From a bacterium (GTDB lineage Bacteria; UBA8248), in contig OZ244799.1 of the NCBI GenBank assembly GCA_965219955.1, forward strand, positions 4,096,001-4,160,000: a stretch of 64,000 nucleotides of DNA, given 5' to 3'. Every line of letters starts with the position of its first letter. Position 1 is the first letter of the stretch. The position numbers were made by a program, and so were the translations under genes. Positions 19,669 through 30,033 of this stretch are shown piece after piece. The notes below the pieces were generated by a model. That model had not been told where the DNA came from and made no database searches. It saw nothing but the letters and a program-made list of their open reading frames with translations.

Positions 19669-20292
19669 ATGCGGACTTATATCTACGTCGATGGATTCAA
19701 TCTCTACTACCGCTCGCTGAAGCAAACGCCGTTCAAATGGCTCGATCTCTCCGGGCTTTTCCGTGACGTGTTGAAGCCCCACCACGATATCCGCAAAATC
19801 AAATTCTTCACGGCGCGCGTCTCGGCACGACCTAACAATCTATCTGCACCGCAACGCCAGGACACTTATTTGCGAGCGTTAAAACATTATTGCCCGGAGG
19901 TTGAAGCTTATTTCGGGCATTTTCTGACGCATAAGATTCAAGCGCCGCTTGCCGATACCGGCAACAGGCGAAGGCTGGTGAATGTCGTCAGGACCGAGGA
20001 GAAGGGATCGGATGTAAATCTTGCCGTACACCTCCTGAATGATGCGTGGCTGAATGACTATGACTGCGCGGTAGTAGTTACGAACGACAGCGATATCGCC
20101 GAGGGCATGCGTCTCGTGAAAAAGCACAAAAGAAAATGGATTGGACTGGTAACACCCGGAACGAGTCATCCCTCTCGAGAGTTAATGGCCCATGCCGATT
20201 TCTCCCGCCGGATTCAAAAGAGAGCGCTGCGAAAGAATCAGCTTCCGTCCCCGATTCCCGGAACCAACATCACCAAGCCGACCAACTGGTGA
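19669..20292 (+). CDS. NYN (LabA/PIN-like) domain nuclease
   Basis: YVDGFNLY, EEKGSDVNLA, VTNDSD, ADF catalytic acidic motifs. Confidence 0.9.
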   Translation: MRTYIYVDGFNLYYRSLKQTPFKWLDLSGLFRDVLKPHHDIRKIKFFTARVSARPNNLSAPQRQDTYLRALKHYCPEVEAYFGHFLTHKIQAPLADTGNRRRLVNVVRTEEKGSDVNLAVHLLNDAWLNDYDCAVVVTNDSDIAEGMRLVKKHKRKWIGLVTPGTSHPSRELMAHADFSRRIQKRALRKNQLPSPIPGTNITKPTNW

Positions 20293-20430
20293 ATTCGCTT
20301 GACTCCTGTTGCTGGAACACCCGCCCTGATCGCCGTCGCCGCATGGTCTTTGCTTTTTGTGCCCGGAGATGGGGATGTCTGGGCATCCACCACGGGTTAC
20401 ATGCGTATTCGTATTCAGGTCAGGTGAGGC

Positions 20431-20793
20431 ATGGACAGGCAAGGACATACTGGCTTCTGGGCGCTGGCGCTCCTGTGGCTGCCGGCCGGGATGGTCGCGA
20501 CCGTCATCGTGCGTTTCGGGGCCGAGCCGGCCATTTGGGCGCAGATGCCGATGGCGATGGTGTCGCTTATCCCGGTCGCGCCCTGCGGCCTTCCGCTGGC
20601 GCTGGGGTGCCGGCGGCTGTGGCGGCTGGGCTACCGCCGCGACGCCTGGGTGGCGGGAGTCTTGCTTGGCGTTTTCACTCTGGCGACGACGCTGGTGGGT
20701 GGACTGCTCGGCCCGATAGCCATCGCCCTCTTCGCGGTGGTCTTGAGCCTGCCGGTCTGGGCGGCGTCGTGGTGGCTCGCGCGGCGGGGTTGA
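20431..20793 (+). CDS. Small integral membrane protein of unknown function
   Basis: About four hydrophobic segments; GGTGAGG RBS. Confidence 0.55.
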   Translation: MDRQGHTGFWALALLWLPAGMVATVIVRFGAEPAIWAQMPMAMVSLIPVAPCGLPLALGCRRLWRLGYRRDAWVAGVLLGVFTLATTLVGGLLGPIAIALFAVVLSLPVWAASWWLARRG

Positions 20794-20837
20794 GGGTGGG
20801 TACCTAAGAGGACAACAAAATACTGGGAAATGATCGA

Positions 20838-21407
20838 ATGGAAAAACGCATAGCTTTGCTTGGTTGGGGTTCTCTCCTTTGGGATAACAATAAGCAATTC
20901 GACGACTGGCATGGGCCTTGGCAAAGTGATGGTCCTACACTCAAAATTGAATTTTCTAGAATTTCTTCGTCCCGATGTGGTGCCCTAACGCTAGTCATAG
21001 ATCCAGACAATGGATTTGCCAATTCAGTATCTTGGGCCCTGAGCTATCGTTCAGAGCTTAGTGATGTCATTCAGGATCTGAAAAAACGAGAAAAAACCAT
21101 TTACAAATACATCGGTAGATTTTCTTTTGGAGGATACGAACATAGTTTAGACAGCAGTTCGCTCTCGGCAATCCGCAGTTGGGCAAATGAGCGTGGGCTG
21201 TATGGAGTCGTGTGGACAGACCTACCTAGTAACTTTGTGAAAGAAACCGGCTATTCCTTCTCAATTCATAATGCTTTGCAACATCTGCAAAGCCTAGATG
21301 ACTGTGCTAGGAAAAAGGCACTTGAATATATTCAAAAAGCTCCAGGTTCTATCCAAACACCGCTTCGTAACGCTATTGCACATCAACTGGAAAGTGGATT
21401 GACATGA
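20838..21407 (+). CDS. Gamma-glutamylcyclotransferase-like fold hypothetical protein, low GC
   Basis: IALLGWGSLLW, IEFSRIS, LTLVID, LKKRE motifs; strongly AT-rich. Confidence 0.6.
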   Translation: MEKRIALLGWGSLLWDNNKQFDDWHGPWQSDGPTLKIEFSRISSSRCGALTLVIDPDNGFANSVSWALSYRSELSDVIQDLKKREKTIYKYIGRFSFGGYEHSLDSSSLSAIRSWANERGLYGVVWTDLPSNFVKETGYSFSIHNALQHLQSLDDCARKKALEYIQKAPGSIQTPLRNAIAHQLESGLT

Positions 21408-21428
21408 ATTAAGTTTCTAAGCTCCCCC

Positions 21429-22163
21429 CTAACCCCCCTCCGCCTCGACGGCTTCCGCCATCTCGCCCATCGAGAAGAAGATGAAGTCGGTCGTGGGCAT
21501 GTTCTCGACCTTTTCCGTCGCTCCCCAGCTTCCGCCTTCGGAGAGCCTCTGCCGGTCGATCCAGGCGTTGGCGAGGCCGAAACGGTTCGCGGGCGCGTGG
21601 TCGTGGCGCAGGCTCTGCGCGGTGTGGAGGACGTCGGATTTCTCCAGCCCGAAGTCCGATTTCAGATGCGCGAGGAGGTACTCGAAGTTGGCGTCCGAAG
21701 GCTTGTAGGAGCCGATGTCCTCGGCGGTGTAGACCGCGTCGAACGCGACGCCGAGTTTCCTGTTCGAGGCGGCGAAGCCCTCGCGGTGGACGTTCGAGAG
21801 GATGACGAGCTTGTAGCGCCGCTTCAGGACGCGAAGCGCGTCCGCGGTATCGGGAAACGCCGGCCACAGCGGCACCGATGCGCCGAACGCTTGATCGAGC
21901 GCGCCGCTCGTCTCGAGGCCCAGGCTCTCCGCCATGCTCCGGTGGACTTTTGCGAGGAGGTCGGGATAGCGAAGCCCGGGCGAGGCGTGCTCGTGGTGGG
22001 CCTCCCACTTCGCGAAGGCCAGGAGTGTGGCCTCGCGCGTCACGCCTGAGTCGCCGCCTCCCATGATGAGCGGCTGCAGCGCGTCCCAGATGCCGGTCTC
22101 CCAGTCGATGAGGGTGCCGTAGCAGTCGAACGTCAGTACGCGGTAATCGGTCAGTCGGCCCAT
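21429..22163 (-). CDS. HAD-superfamily hydrolase (haloacid dehalogenase type II-like)
   Basis: FDCYGTLIDWE, LSNV, SYKP, HTAQSLRHDH motifs. Confidence 0.9.
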   Translation of the reverse strand: MGRLTDYRVLTFDCYGTLIDWETGIWDALQPLIMGGGDSGVTREATLLAFAKWEAHHEHASPGLRYPDLLAKVHRSMAESLGLETSGALDQAFGASVPLWPAFPDTADALRVLKRRYKLVILSNVHREGFAASNRKLGVAFDAVYTAEDIGSYKPSDANFEYLLAHLKSDFGLEKSDVLHTAQSLRHDHAPANRFGLANAWIDRQRLSEGGSWGATEKVENMPTTDFIFFSMGEMAEAVEAEGG

Positions 22164-22306
22164 GGTTCCGGTTTCCTGTGCGGGGGGATTCGGGTCTGCA
22201 CGATCAAAGTTTCTATGGCTGTGAGCGGGGGGTGTCAAGGGCCGCGCCACCAGCGTGAACGACACCCAAGCCGCAACGAAGCCGCGTACCGAAGCACACG
22301 CAACCC

Positions 22307-22441
22307 GTCATTCCGGCGAAAGCCGGAATCCATTCGCCTTTCGTTTTTATACTGTCGTTCCCGGCCCGATCATCGAGAAAAGAGAATGCCGTTATATGCG
22401 CGCCTCGTCTCTTTTTGGATTCCGGCTTTCGCCGGAATGAC
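22307..22441. repeat. Family A palindromic repeat pair
   Basis: GTCATTCCGGCGAAAGCCGGAATCC ... GGATTCCGGCTTTCGCCGGAATGAC. Confidence 0.9.
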
Positions 22442-22644
22442 GGCGCGTATCGGGGTTTCATTCAAACCCGGTTTGCATGGCGGAAGGAAATGTTTGTATA
22501 GTATAAATATCTTTGTGATTGATAAGATTGTATACAGTATACTTTATGGACGGCGGTTTTCCTCCGCGAATCGTTGATGGGGTAACCCGCTGATAATCAA
22601 AGTATTTCTGGAGCCGATTCATCATCTTGCGCTTGGAGACGCCC

Positions 22645-23814
22645 ATGGCAGAAGAAAAACCCCGCCAATTCGTTGGCAGCGTGGAATTCAAAAAGGGTCT
22701 CGAGGGGGCCATCACGAACGAGAGCGCCATCAGCTACGTGGATGGGGCGAACGGAAAGCTCATCTACCGCGGATACAGCATCGACGACCTCTGCGCCGGG
22801 GGCGGGGGATACGAGGAAACGGCCTACCTGCTGCTGAACGGGAAGCTGCCCACGCGGAGCGAACTCGACGTCTTCAACGCGGATCTGGCCTTGCGCCGGC
22901 CCATCCCCCAGCCGGTGAAAGACCTGATCGTGCAGATCGCAGGCACGTGCCACCCCATGAGCACGCTGCGCACCGCCGTCTCCATGCTCGGCTGCCTGAA
23001 CCCGAAGGAGTTCGAGGTGACGGTGGAGAACAATTTCGACATCGCCCTCACGCTCACGGCGCAGTTCCCCACCCTCGTGGCCGCCATCCAGCGGGCGCGA
23101 AGGGGCGAGTTCCTCATCGAGCCCGACCCGGCGAAAGGCCTCTCCGAGGATTTCCTGCGCATGATGACGGGCGAGACGCCCGACGCCCGCACCGTGGAGG
23201 TGATGGACATGGCCCTCATCATCCACGCCGAACACGGCATGAACGCCTCCACCTTCTCCTCGATGGTCACGAACAGTTCCCTGACGGATTTCTACAGCTC
23301 CATCGTCGCGGGAATCGGCTCCCTCAAGGGGCCGCTGCACGGAGGTGCGAACGAGGCCACGCTGCGCACGTTCCAGGAGATCGGAGACCCCGCCACGACC
23401 GAGGACTGGTTCGCCGAGGCGAAGACGAAGAAGGTGAAGGTCATGGGCTTCGGCCACCGCGTCTACAAGGCCTACGACCCGAGGGCGCGCCTGTTCGACC
23501 CCATCGCCAGGGAGTTCTCCGAGCGCGCCGGCACGAGCCATCTCTACGAGATCGCGAAAAAGCTCGAAGCCCTCGTGGTGGCGGACCTGGGCGGCAAGGG
23601 CATCTTCCCCAACGTCGATTTCTTCTCGGGCGTCATCTACGACGCCATGGGCATCGACACGGACATGTTCACGCCCATCTTCGCCGTGCCGCGTATCGCC
23701 GGTTGGTCGGCGCGCATTCTGGAGTACCTGCCCGACAACCGGCTGTTCAGGCCCCGCGCGGTCTATATCGGCGACCTGGAATCGCAATACACGCCGATTG
23801 CCGAGCGCGGCTAG
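22645..23814 (+). CDS. Citrate synthase / 2-methylcitrate synthase (type I dimeric)
   Basis: KGLEG, HAEHGMNAST, GPLHGGANE, GFGHRVYK, PNVDF motifs. Confidence 0.95.
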   Translation: MAEEKPRQFVGSVEFKKGLEGAITNESAISYVDGANGKLIYRGYSIDDLCAGGGGYEETAYLLLNGKLPTRSELDVFNADLALRRPIPQPVKDLIVQIAGTCHPMSTLRTAVSMLGCLNPKEFEVTVENNFDIALTLTAQFPTLVAAIQRARRGEFLIEPDPAKGLSEDFLRMMTGETPDARTVEVMDMALIIHAEHGMNASTFSSMVTNSSLTDFYSSIVAGIGSLKGPLHGGANEATLRTFQEIGDPATTEDWFAEAKTKKVKVMGFGHRVYKAYDPRARLFDPIAREFSERAGTSHLYEIAKKLEALVVADLGGKGIFPNVDFFSGVIYDAMGIDTDMFTPIFAVPRIAGWSARILEYLPDNRLFRPRAVYIGDLESQYTPIAERG

Positions 23815-23831
23815 ATTTAATAAGCAATCCG

Positions 23832-23864
23832 AAAAGCGGCCTCTCGAACGGGGGCCGCTTTTTT
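23832..23864 (+). terminator. Rho-independent terminator
   Basis: AAAAGCGGCCTCT-CGAAC-GGGGGCCGCTTTTTT. Confidence 0.85.
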
Positions 23865-23938
23865 GTATGGGCTTCTTTGTCGAGACCGGTTTTTTCCGAC
23901 GGACTTCTTGAGAAATCTCATATCGAGGAGGCATCCCT

Positions 23939-24364
23939 TTGGCGTTTGAAGACGGCTTCGTGATCGAGACGAAGGGGTTTGCGGATGTTCTGGACATCAC
24001 CCCGCAGGTGGAACAAGTCGTTTCGGCGAGCGGGGTGCAGAGCGGGATCGTCCTCGTCTTCACGCCCGGCTCGACGGCGGGCTTGACGACGATAGAGTAC
24101 GAGCCGGGCGCGGTTTCGGATTTGAAGGACGCTATCGCCCGCATCGCGCCCGAGGGCATCGCCTATGCGCACGATGCGCGCTGGGGGGACGGGAACGGCT
24201 TCTCCCACGTCCGCGCCGCCCTGCTGGGGCCGAGCCTCTCTCTTCCCGTTCGGGGAGGGGCGCTCATCACCGGAACGTGGCAGCAGGTCGTCCTGGTCGA
24301 TTTCGACAACCGCCCGAGGAGCAGGCGGGTGGAAGTGCAGGTGCTGGGGGTCAATCGCGACTGA
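23939..24364 (+). CDS. yjbQ: YjbQ/UPF0047 family protein
   Basis: GSTAGLTTIE, YAHD, NGFSHVRA, GTWQQV motifs. Confidence 0.88.
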   Translation: MAFEDGFVIETKGFADVLDITPQVEQVVSASGVQSGIVLVFTPGSTAGLTTIEYEPGAVSDLKDAIARIAPEGIAYAHDARWGDGNGFSHVRAALLGPSLSLPVRGGALITGTWQQVVLVDFDNRPRSRRVEVQVLGVNRD

Positions 24365-24419
24365 TGAAGGAGCGATTGCATGCGGATCAGAAATCCAACG
24401 ATTTGCAAAGCCTCTCTCC

Positions 24420-24850
24420 TCGGGGCTTGTTGAAAAAGTCCTTGTCGGGGGACAAAGGCAACCCCCCCTACCCCCCCTTGTCAGGGGGGCAAGAAAAAGC
24501 AAAACCCCCTCGGCCCAGAGGGGGCGCATCGCCTTTTTATACCCCCCTGACAAGGGCCTGTTGAAAAAGCCCTCGTCATGGGGGTTGGGGGTTCGGAGGG
24601 AATCATGGTTTTGTAGGGGCCGCATACATGCGGCCCGTCGCAGGGCGGCAAAAAATCAGGGTCGCATATATGCGACCCCTACACACAAACAAATTTCCTC
24701 TCTCCGGGTTCTTCAACTCCCCGCGTAGGGACAACCCTCCGTGGTTGTCCTTCGTTAGGACAGGCACGGAGGCCTGTCCCTACGGTGAATAATTCGATGA
24801 TCGGGGTTCCTTCCCTCCCCAGGGGGGCTTTTTCAACATCCCCTTCAAGG
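24420..24850. repeat. Intergenic repeat mosaic
   Basis: GTTGAAAAAG ends, CCCCCCTACCCCCCTTGTCAGGGGGG module, REP doublets 24613-24681 and 24725-24783. Confidence 0.85.
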
Positions 24851-24961
24851 AGGGAGTGATTCCGTCATATCCTTTTGCACGCGGCACATGGATGACGCGC
24901 GCCCGTCGGCGTAGCGACCGGAAATCGTAATTCTTCATCTAAAGCAACGAAGCATGAAAGC

Positions 24962-25381
24962 CTAGTCGTCGCCTTCGGCGAACTCCTCGAAGGTGTAGAA
25001 CAGCCCGTCGAGCACGCGCGCGGCCTGCTCGTCGACGCCCGGCTTGTCGAGGGGCAGGTCGATGGCGTAGCGGAACACGCCGTCGTGGTAGTGCTCCACC
25101 TTGTGCTCTTCCTCCTCGCCCGCCTCCTCCATGCCGTCGTAGATGAAATCATCTATCGGGTCCTTGCTGTCGAGGATGGCGAGTTCGATGTCCTCGTTCA
25201 TGTAGCGGTCTTTGGTGGCGAAGCTGATGCGGAGCTTGCCCTCGGCCTCGTTCTTTACGAACTCGAACCAGCAGACCTCGTTCATGACGAGCCGGATGGA
25301 GCGGCCCGAAGGGTCGGGTTCGGGCGTGAAGCGGTCATCGGTAGCGTAGCGTTTGATCATGCCTGTGATGATGTCGGCCAA
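24962..25381 (-). CDS. Acidic hypothetical protein
   Basis: Host-like codon usage; TTG 25381 or ATG 25360 start; no recognisable motif. Confidence 0.65.
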   Translation of the reverse strand: MADIITGMIKRYATDDRFTPEPDPSGRSIRLVMNEVCWFEFVKNEAEGKLRISFATKDRYMNEDIELAILDSKDPIDDFIYDGMEEAGEEEEHKVEHYHDGVFRYAIDLPLDKPGVDEQAARVLDGLFYTFEEFAEGDD

Positions 25382-25614
25382 AACAGGAGCCTCCCTGCGC
25401 GTGGGTTTTCGAGAGTTTGAGAATGCGGTCTTGCCTCGTTCGGGGGGAAATATAGCTTGGAGTCTTCGTTTCGCCAAGCGGCGCCGGATGTCGGGAAACG
25501 AGAGGCCGGCCTTGCCCCTGCGAGCGCTCGTTGTGGGAAGGTTCGACCCCACCGGCGCGGCAGCGGGCTTCGCGGAACCTCTAACGTCCTCAAGCCGAGC
25601 AAGTGCCCCAAACC

Positions 25615-26255
25615 CTCATCCTGAGTAGGCGCGCAAGCGCCGTATCGAAGGATGGGGGCGCATCTCTCCGGAAGGCGCGAACTTCGCCCTTCGACAGGCT
25701 CAGGACAGGCCCCTTCGATACGCGGCTTCGCCGCTACTCAGGGTGAGGCGGAGTGGCGGGCGGCGCGTGGTGAGGAACAGACAGGTTGCGCGGGACGATG
25801 CGGTGGAGGTTTAAACCTGACGGATGCGGGACTGCCGAAAAAGCCCCCTCCCCAGGGGATAAAGGCAACCCCCCCTACCCCCCTTGTCGGGACTGTTGAA
25901 AAAGACACCCTTGGTCGGAATTGACCACCGCCGTCATTCCGGCGAAAGCCGGAATCCATTTTGATTTTTTACCGGGCGGGGTGGTCACGACCTTGTTGTC
26001 GCGCGGCGTCGGGATGCGGAATTCAGAGAATTCGCCTTTTGTGTTCGGTTCCGCTCCCACCCGCCCGGGGGTAAAAACGCCCGAACGAGGAGGCGGAAAG
26101 GCAAAGGCGAAAATGGATTCCGGCTTTCGCCGGAATGACGAACAAAACCGCACAGCTTCTTGTAGGGACAGGTCGCGACCTTGTCCCTACGAACCCTTCT
26201 CACCGGTCGGCTCTATGCCCCGAATCACGAAGTCAGGAATTTTTCAACAACCCCG
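25615..26255. repeat. Intergenic repeat mosaic including a ~207-bp MITE-like family A element
   Basis: B pair 25615-25747; A element 25933-26139 whose interior is the reverse complement of the 42235 and 58455 copies; REP 26162-26190. Confidence 0.85.
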
Positions 26256-26356
26256 ATATGAGAAGGATTTACTCCGCTTGTGGAAAAACAAAGGGGGTGA
26301 GCGGCGCGCGTTTCGGCCGCCGCCGCTCACCCCCGATAATGCCTGGTCCTGTAAAC

Positions 26357-27337
26357 CTATTTCTTCATCGTCATGGCCTTGATGAGCTGCGTGTAGCCGT
26401 CGAAGTTCGGCTTTCTGGTTTTTTCATAATCCGCTCCGCTCATGAACACGACGTTCTCGCCGATGCTGCGCATGAAGCGCTTGAAGGACTTGTTCTTCGT
26501 GAGCTTCTCGAAAGCGCCCCGGAGCTTCTTCAGCCTGTCGGCGGGCGTCTTGGAGGGCGCCATGAAGATGCGGTCCATCGTGAAGCCCACGCCCTTGTAG
26601 CCGAGTTCCGTCGTGGTCGGGACCTCCTTGAAGTCCTTGTCCTTCGAGAGGCGCATATCGCCCGTGAGCGCGAGCACGGTGACCTTGCCTGCCTTCTTGT
26701 GGGGGCGAAGCTGGGTCGGGAAGGCGATGCCCACGTCGTCCTGTCCCGAGAGGACGGCGCGCAGCGCGGGGCCGCCGCCTTTATGCGGAATGAAGTTCAC
26801 CTTGATGCCCGCCGCGCGGACGAACTGCATGGAGGGCACGTGGCCCGCGCCCCAGACGCCGCTGTGGCCCCAGTTGACCTTGCCGGGGTTTTTCTTGGCG
26901 TAGGCGACGAATTCCTTCATGTTCTTCCACGGCCTGTTCGAGAGCGAGAAGAACACCGGCTGTCCGTGGTTGATCTTGGCGACGGCCGAGAAATCGCGAA
27001 GCGTGTCGAAGGGCACCTTGCGGGTCTGCGGCACGAGCTGGTCGAAGCCGTTGTGGGTGAAGAGCAGGGTGTAGCCGTCCGGCTTGGCCTTGGCGACGAA
27101 GCCGGTGCCCTTCATGCCCGCGCCGCCGGGCACGAGCTTCACGACCATGGGCTGGCCGAGTATGTCGGCGATGATGCTGGTGATGCCGCGCGCGTGGAGG
27201 TCGTGGCTGCCGCCCGCGCCCACGGGCAGGACGAGCGTGATGGGCCTGTCCGGATAGGCCGCCGTGCTCGCGGAGGGGGCTCCCAGCGCGACGACGAGGG
27301 CCAGCGCGGCCAGGATGGCGAAGAAGCGTTTTTTCAT
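26357..27337 (-). CDS. tctC: Tripartite tricarboxylate transporter substrate-binding protein (Bug/TctC)
   Basis: Signal peptide, YPDRPIT, GAGGSHD, PDGYTL, HKGGGP motifs. Confidence 0.9.
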   Translation of the reverse strand: MKKRFFAILAALALVVALGAPSASTAAYPDRPITLVLPVGAGGSHDLHARGITSIIADILGQPMVVKLVPGGAGMKGTGFVAKAKPDGYTLLFTHNGFDQLVPQTRKVPFDTLRDFSAVAKINHGQPVFFSLSNRPWKNMKEFVAYAKKNPGKVNWGHSGVWGAGHVPSMQFVRAAGIKVNFIPHKGGGPALRAVLSGQDDVGIAFPTQLRPHKKAGKVTVLALTGDMRLSKDKDFKEVPTTTELGYKGVGFTMDRIFMAPSKTPADRLKKLRGAFEKLTKNKSFKRFMRSIGENVVFMSGADYEKTRKPNFDGYTQLIKAMTMKK

Positions 27338-27363
27338 GATGATCTCCCTTGATGAATGTGCCC

Positions 27364-28869
27364 TCAAGGGGCGGCGGACCCCCTGGTTCGCCGCCACATC
27401 GGGGCAAGAATGAGATATGCGATCCAGACCAGCGCCGCGATGAGAAAGGCGGACGCTATCGGACGTTGTACGAACAGGTACGAGAACGGAGCCCCCTTCG
27501 CGTAGAGCATCGACTGGCTCAAACGATACTCTATCGGCTCGGCCAGCACGAACGCGATAATCAGGGGCGCCAGGTCGAACTTGAACTTCCTTAAAATATA
27601 GGCGCAAACGCCGATGATGACCATCAGGATCACGTCGGTGTTCGCCCCGGTGGAGAGCGTGCCCACGAAGGCGAGCGCCACGATGACGGGGATGAGATAC
27701 GCCTTTTTGAACTGGATGGCGCGCGCGAAGGGTTTCAGAAGAACGTAGCCCAGGAAGAAGAACAGCACGTTCGCCAGCACCATCGTGAGGATGAGGGCGT
27801 ACATGAGCGCCCCTTGTTCCTGGAATATCTGGGGGCCGGGCCGCATGCCGTGCGCCACGAACGCGCCCAGCAGGATGGCCGTCACGTTGTCCCCGGGGAT
27901 GCCCAGCGTCAGCAGGGGGACGAGCGTGGGGCCGTTCACGGCGTTGTTCGCCGCCTCGGGCGCCGCGACGCCGTCGAGTTCGCCCTTGCCGAAATTCTCC
28001 GGGTTCTTGGAGGCGCGCTTCGCCGCGCTGTAGCCGATGAAGGCGGCGACGACCTGCCCCACGCCCGGCACCATGCCGATGCCCGTCCCGATGGCGGTCG
28101 AGCGCAGGATGGAGCGGATAGACGCCTTGAACTCGCGCCAGCGCAGGCGCTCTCCCGCCTTGGCGAGGTCGACGTGCTCGCTGATGAAGCGCACGGTGCG
28201 CGTTTCGACTGCTTCGAGTACCTCGGGCATCGCGAAGATGCCGATGGCCAGCGGGATGAGGGGGATGCCGCCGCTCAGGGCTTCCAGGCCGAATGTCATT
28301 CGCGTGGCGCCGGTGGTGGCGTCGGTGCCGATGAAGCCCAGCCCCATGCCGATGCAGGCGGCGATGGCGCCCTTGAGTCCTGAGTCGCTCGATACGCTCG
28401 CGATGAGCACGAGCGAGAAGATGATGACGGCGAACACCTCGGGCGGGCCAATCAGGAGCGTGATGATGGCGATGGGGCCGATGAGCGCCAGGGTGAAGAT
28501 GTCGGACAGCGTATCGGCGATGGTGGAGGAGAAAAGCGCCATCTCGAGCGCCTTTCGCCCCTCGCCCTTGCGCGTGAGCGCGGGGCCGTCGAACGTGGTG
28601 GCGATGGATGCGCCCGTGCCCGGAATGCCGACCAGGATCGCCGGGATGCTGCCCCCGTAGATGCCGCCCTTGTAGATGCCGATCAGGAACGGGATGCCGA
28701 GCATGGGTTCGAGCTTGAAGGAAATCGGAAGCAGGACCGACATGGCGAGGATGGTGGTGAGGCCCGGCATCGCGCCCACGAACATGCCGATGGTCAGCCC
28801 CGCGCAGATGTAGAGATAGGTGTCCACCCGCATCAGCAGGGCGAAGGCTTGAAGGAAGGCGTCGAGCAA
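27364..28869 (-). CDS. tctA: TTT large permease
   Basis: GAMPGL, GGSIPAILVGIPG, APEAANNA, LTLGIPG motifs. Confidence 0.93.
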   Translation of the reverse strand: MLDAFLQAFALLMRVDTYLYICAGLTIGMFVGAMPGLTTILAMSVLLPISFKLEPMLGIPFLIGIYKGGIYGGSIPAILVGIPGTGASIATTFDGPALTRKGEGRKALEMALFSSTIADTLSDIFTLALIGPIAIITLLIGPPEVFAVIIFSLVLIASVSSDSGLKGAIAACIGMGLGFIGTDATTGATRMTFGLEALSGGIPLIPLAIGIFAMPEVLEAVETRTVRFISEHVDLAKAGERLRWREFKASIRSILRSTAIGTGIGMVPGVGQVVAAFIGYSAAKRASKNPENFGKGELDGVAAPEAANNAVNGPTLVPLLTLGIPGDNVTAILLGAFVAHGMRPGPQIFQEQGALMYALILTMVLANVLFFFLGYVLLKPFARAIQFKKAYLIPVIVALAFVGTLSTGANTDVILMVIIGVCAYILRKFKFDLAPLIIAFVLAEPIEYRLSQSMLYAKGAPFSYLFVQRPIASAFLIAALVWIAYLILAPMWRRTRGSAAP

Positions 28870-28881
28870 GGCGGGGTCTCC

Positions 28882-29460
28882 CTATTTCCCGAGAAAAATG
28901 CCGGAGAGGAACTTCATGATGGCGTCCTCGACGACGGCGATGGTTTCGTAATCGCTCCTCGGCAGCGAGATGAGCAGCAGCCTCTCGAAGATGAAGCGCA
29001 CGACGATGGGCATGAGAACGGCCACGGGCGCGACGACCCATATCTGCCGGATGCCCAGATACCAGATGACCGCCCCGGCCATCAGAAGCGTCGAGAGGCC
29101 GTAGCCCAGCGCCGACACGAGGAGGGAATAGGCGGCGATGATGACGATCATCGCCACCCCGCGCCGGAAGCGCGCCGCCTCGCCCGGGTTCGCGTCGGAT
29201 TGGATGTGGCGCGCCCTTCGCCAGGCGTCCAGCAGGTAGAACGCGCACAGGGCGGCCAGCACGGCGAACGCGAGCCTCGGGAAGAAGACGGGCGTGAGGC
29301 GCAGGAAATCCTGCGCGGAGGAGATGCCGCCCGTCGCGATCAGGTAGGGCATGAAGACGGCGAACCCCACGGAGAGGAGCATCATCGCCGCGGCCAGGTA
29401 GATCTCCAGGCGCAGCATCGTGGGGCTTGGAGCGTTCGTAGATTCGTTGTCCGAAGCCAT
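28882..29460 (-). CDS. tctB: TTT small permease
   Basis: Four to five TM segments, FFP motif, position upstream of tctA. Confidence 0.85.
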   Translation of the reverse strand: MASDNESTNAPSPTMLRLEIYLAAAMMLLSVGFAVFMPYLIATGGISSAQDFLRLTPVFFPRLAFAVLAALCAFYLLDAWRRARHIQSDANPGEAARFRRGVAMIVIIAAYSLLVSALGYGLSTLLMAGAVIWYLGIRQIWVVAPVAVLMPIVVRFIFERLLLISLPRSDYETIAVVEDAIMKFLSGIFLGK

Positions 29461-29649
29461 GGGTCGTCCTGTCTCATGGGGCCTTTCGTTCCTGCCGACC
29501 CCGAAGCGTTCCTCATCGCTTGATGAAGTGGTTTTGTTCTACGGGTTTGCGTATTATTCACCAATCGGCTGGCCGGAGCAAACTTTCATCCCATCCGTTC
29601 AAATGCGCGCGCCACAAGCGCAAACCGAGGATTCCAGGAGAGAAGATTC

Positions 29650-30033
29650 ATGAAAATCATCAATTCCATGAGCGTGGACAAGGACAACGCCTACGAGCCT
29701 CCCTACTCCATCATGTGGGGGGTGAACGACGAGACGACGGACACCAGGGTCATGACCATGCAGCGCACCATCATCCCCCCCGGCGGGAAGAACAAGATGC
29801 ACACCCACACGTGCGACGCGGTGTTTTACGTGAACAAGGGGCCCATTTACGTCTATTGCGGCGACCCGGAAAACCCCGAGAAAATCCTCGTCGAGTCCGG
29901 GCATTTCTGCTACGCGCCCGCGGGCGAGCCGCACGGGCAGGAGAACCCGAGCGAGACCGAGCCCGCCGAACTCATCGCCACCTACGGGAACTGCTCCCAC
30001 CAGGACAAGGCGGGCACGACCTTCGTGCAGTAG
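29650..30033 (+). CDS. Cupin domain protein
   Basis: PPGGKNKMHTH...APAGEPHGQEN; GGAG RBS. Confidence 0.85.
   Translation: MKIINSMSVDKDNAYEPPYSIMWGVNDETTDTRVMTMQRTIIPPGGKNKMHTHTCDAVFYVNKGPIYVYCGDPENPEKILVESGHFCYAPAGEPHGQENPSETEPAELIATYGNCSHQDKAGTTFVQ

Noticed and set aside
22597-24159. Long antisense ORFs (also 40409-42073, 51754-53253, 60617-61897)
   Set aside because: Antisense shadows of well-supported genes with no recognisable motifs
26357-29248. 963-aa ORF in the track
   Set aside because: Only the last 326 codons are TctC; the upstream part is an off-frame shadow of tctA/tctB in GC-rich DNA
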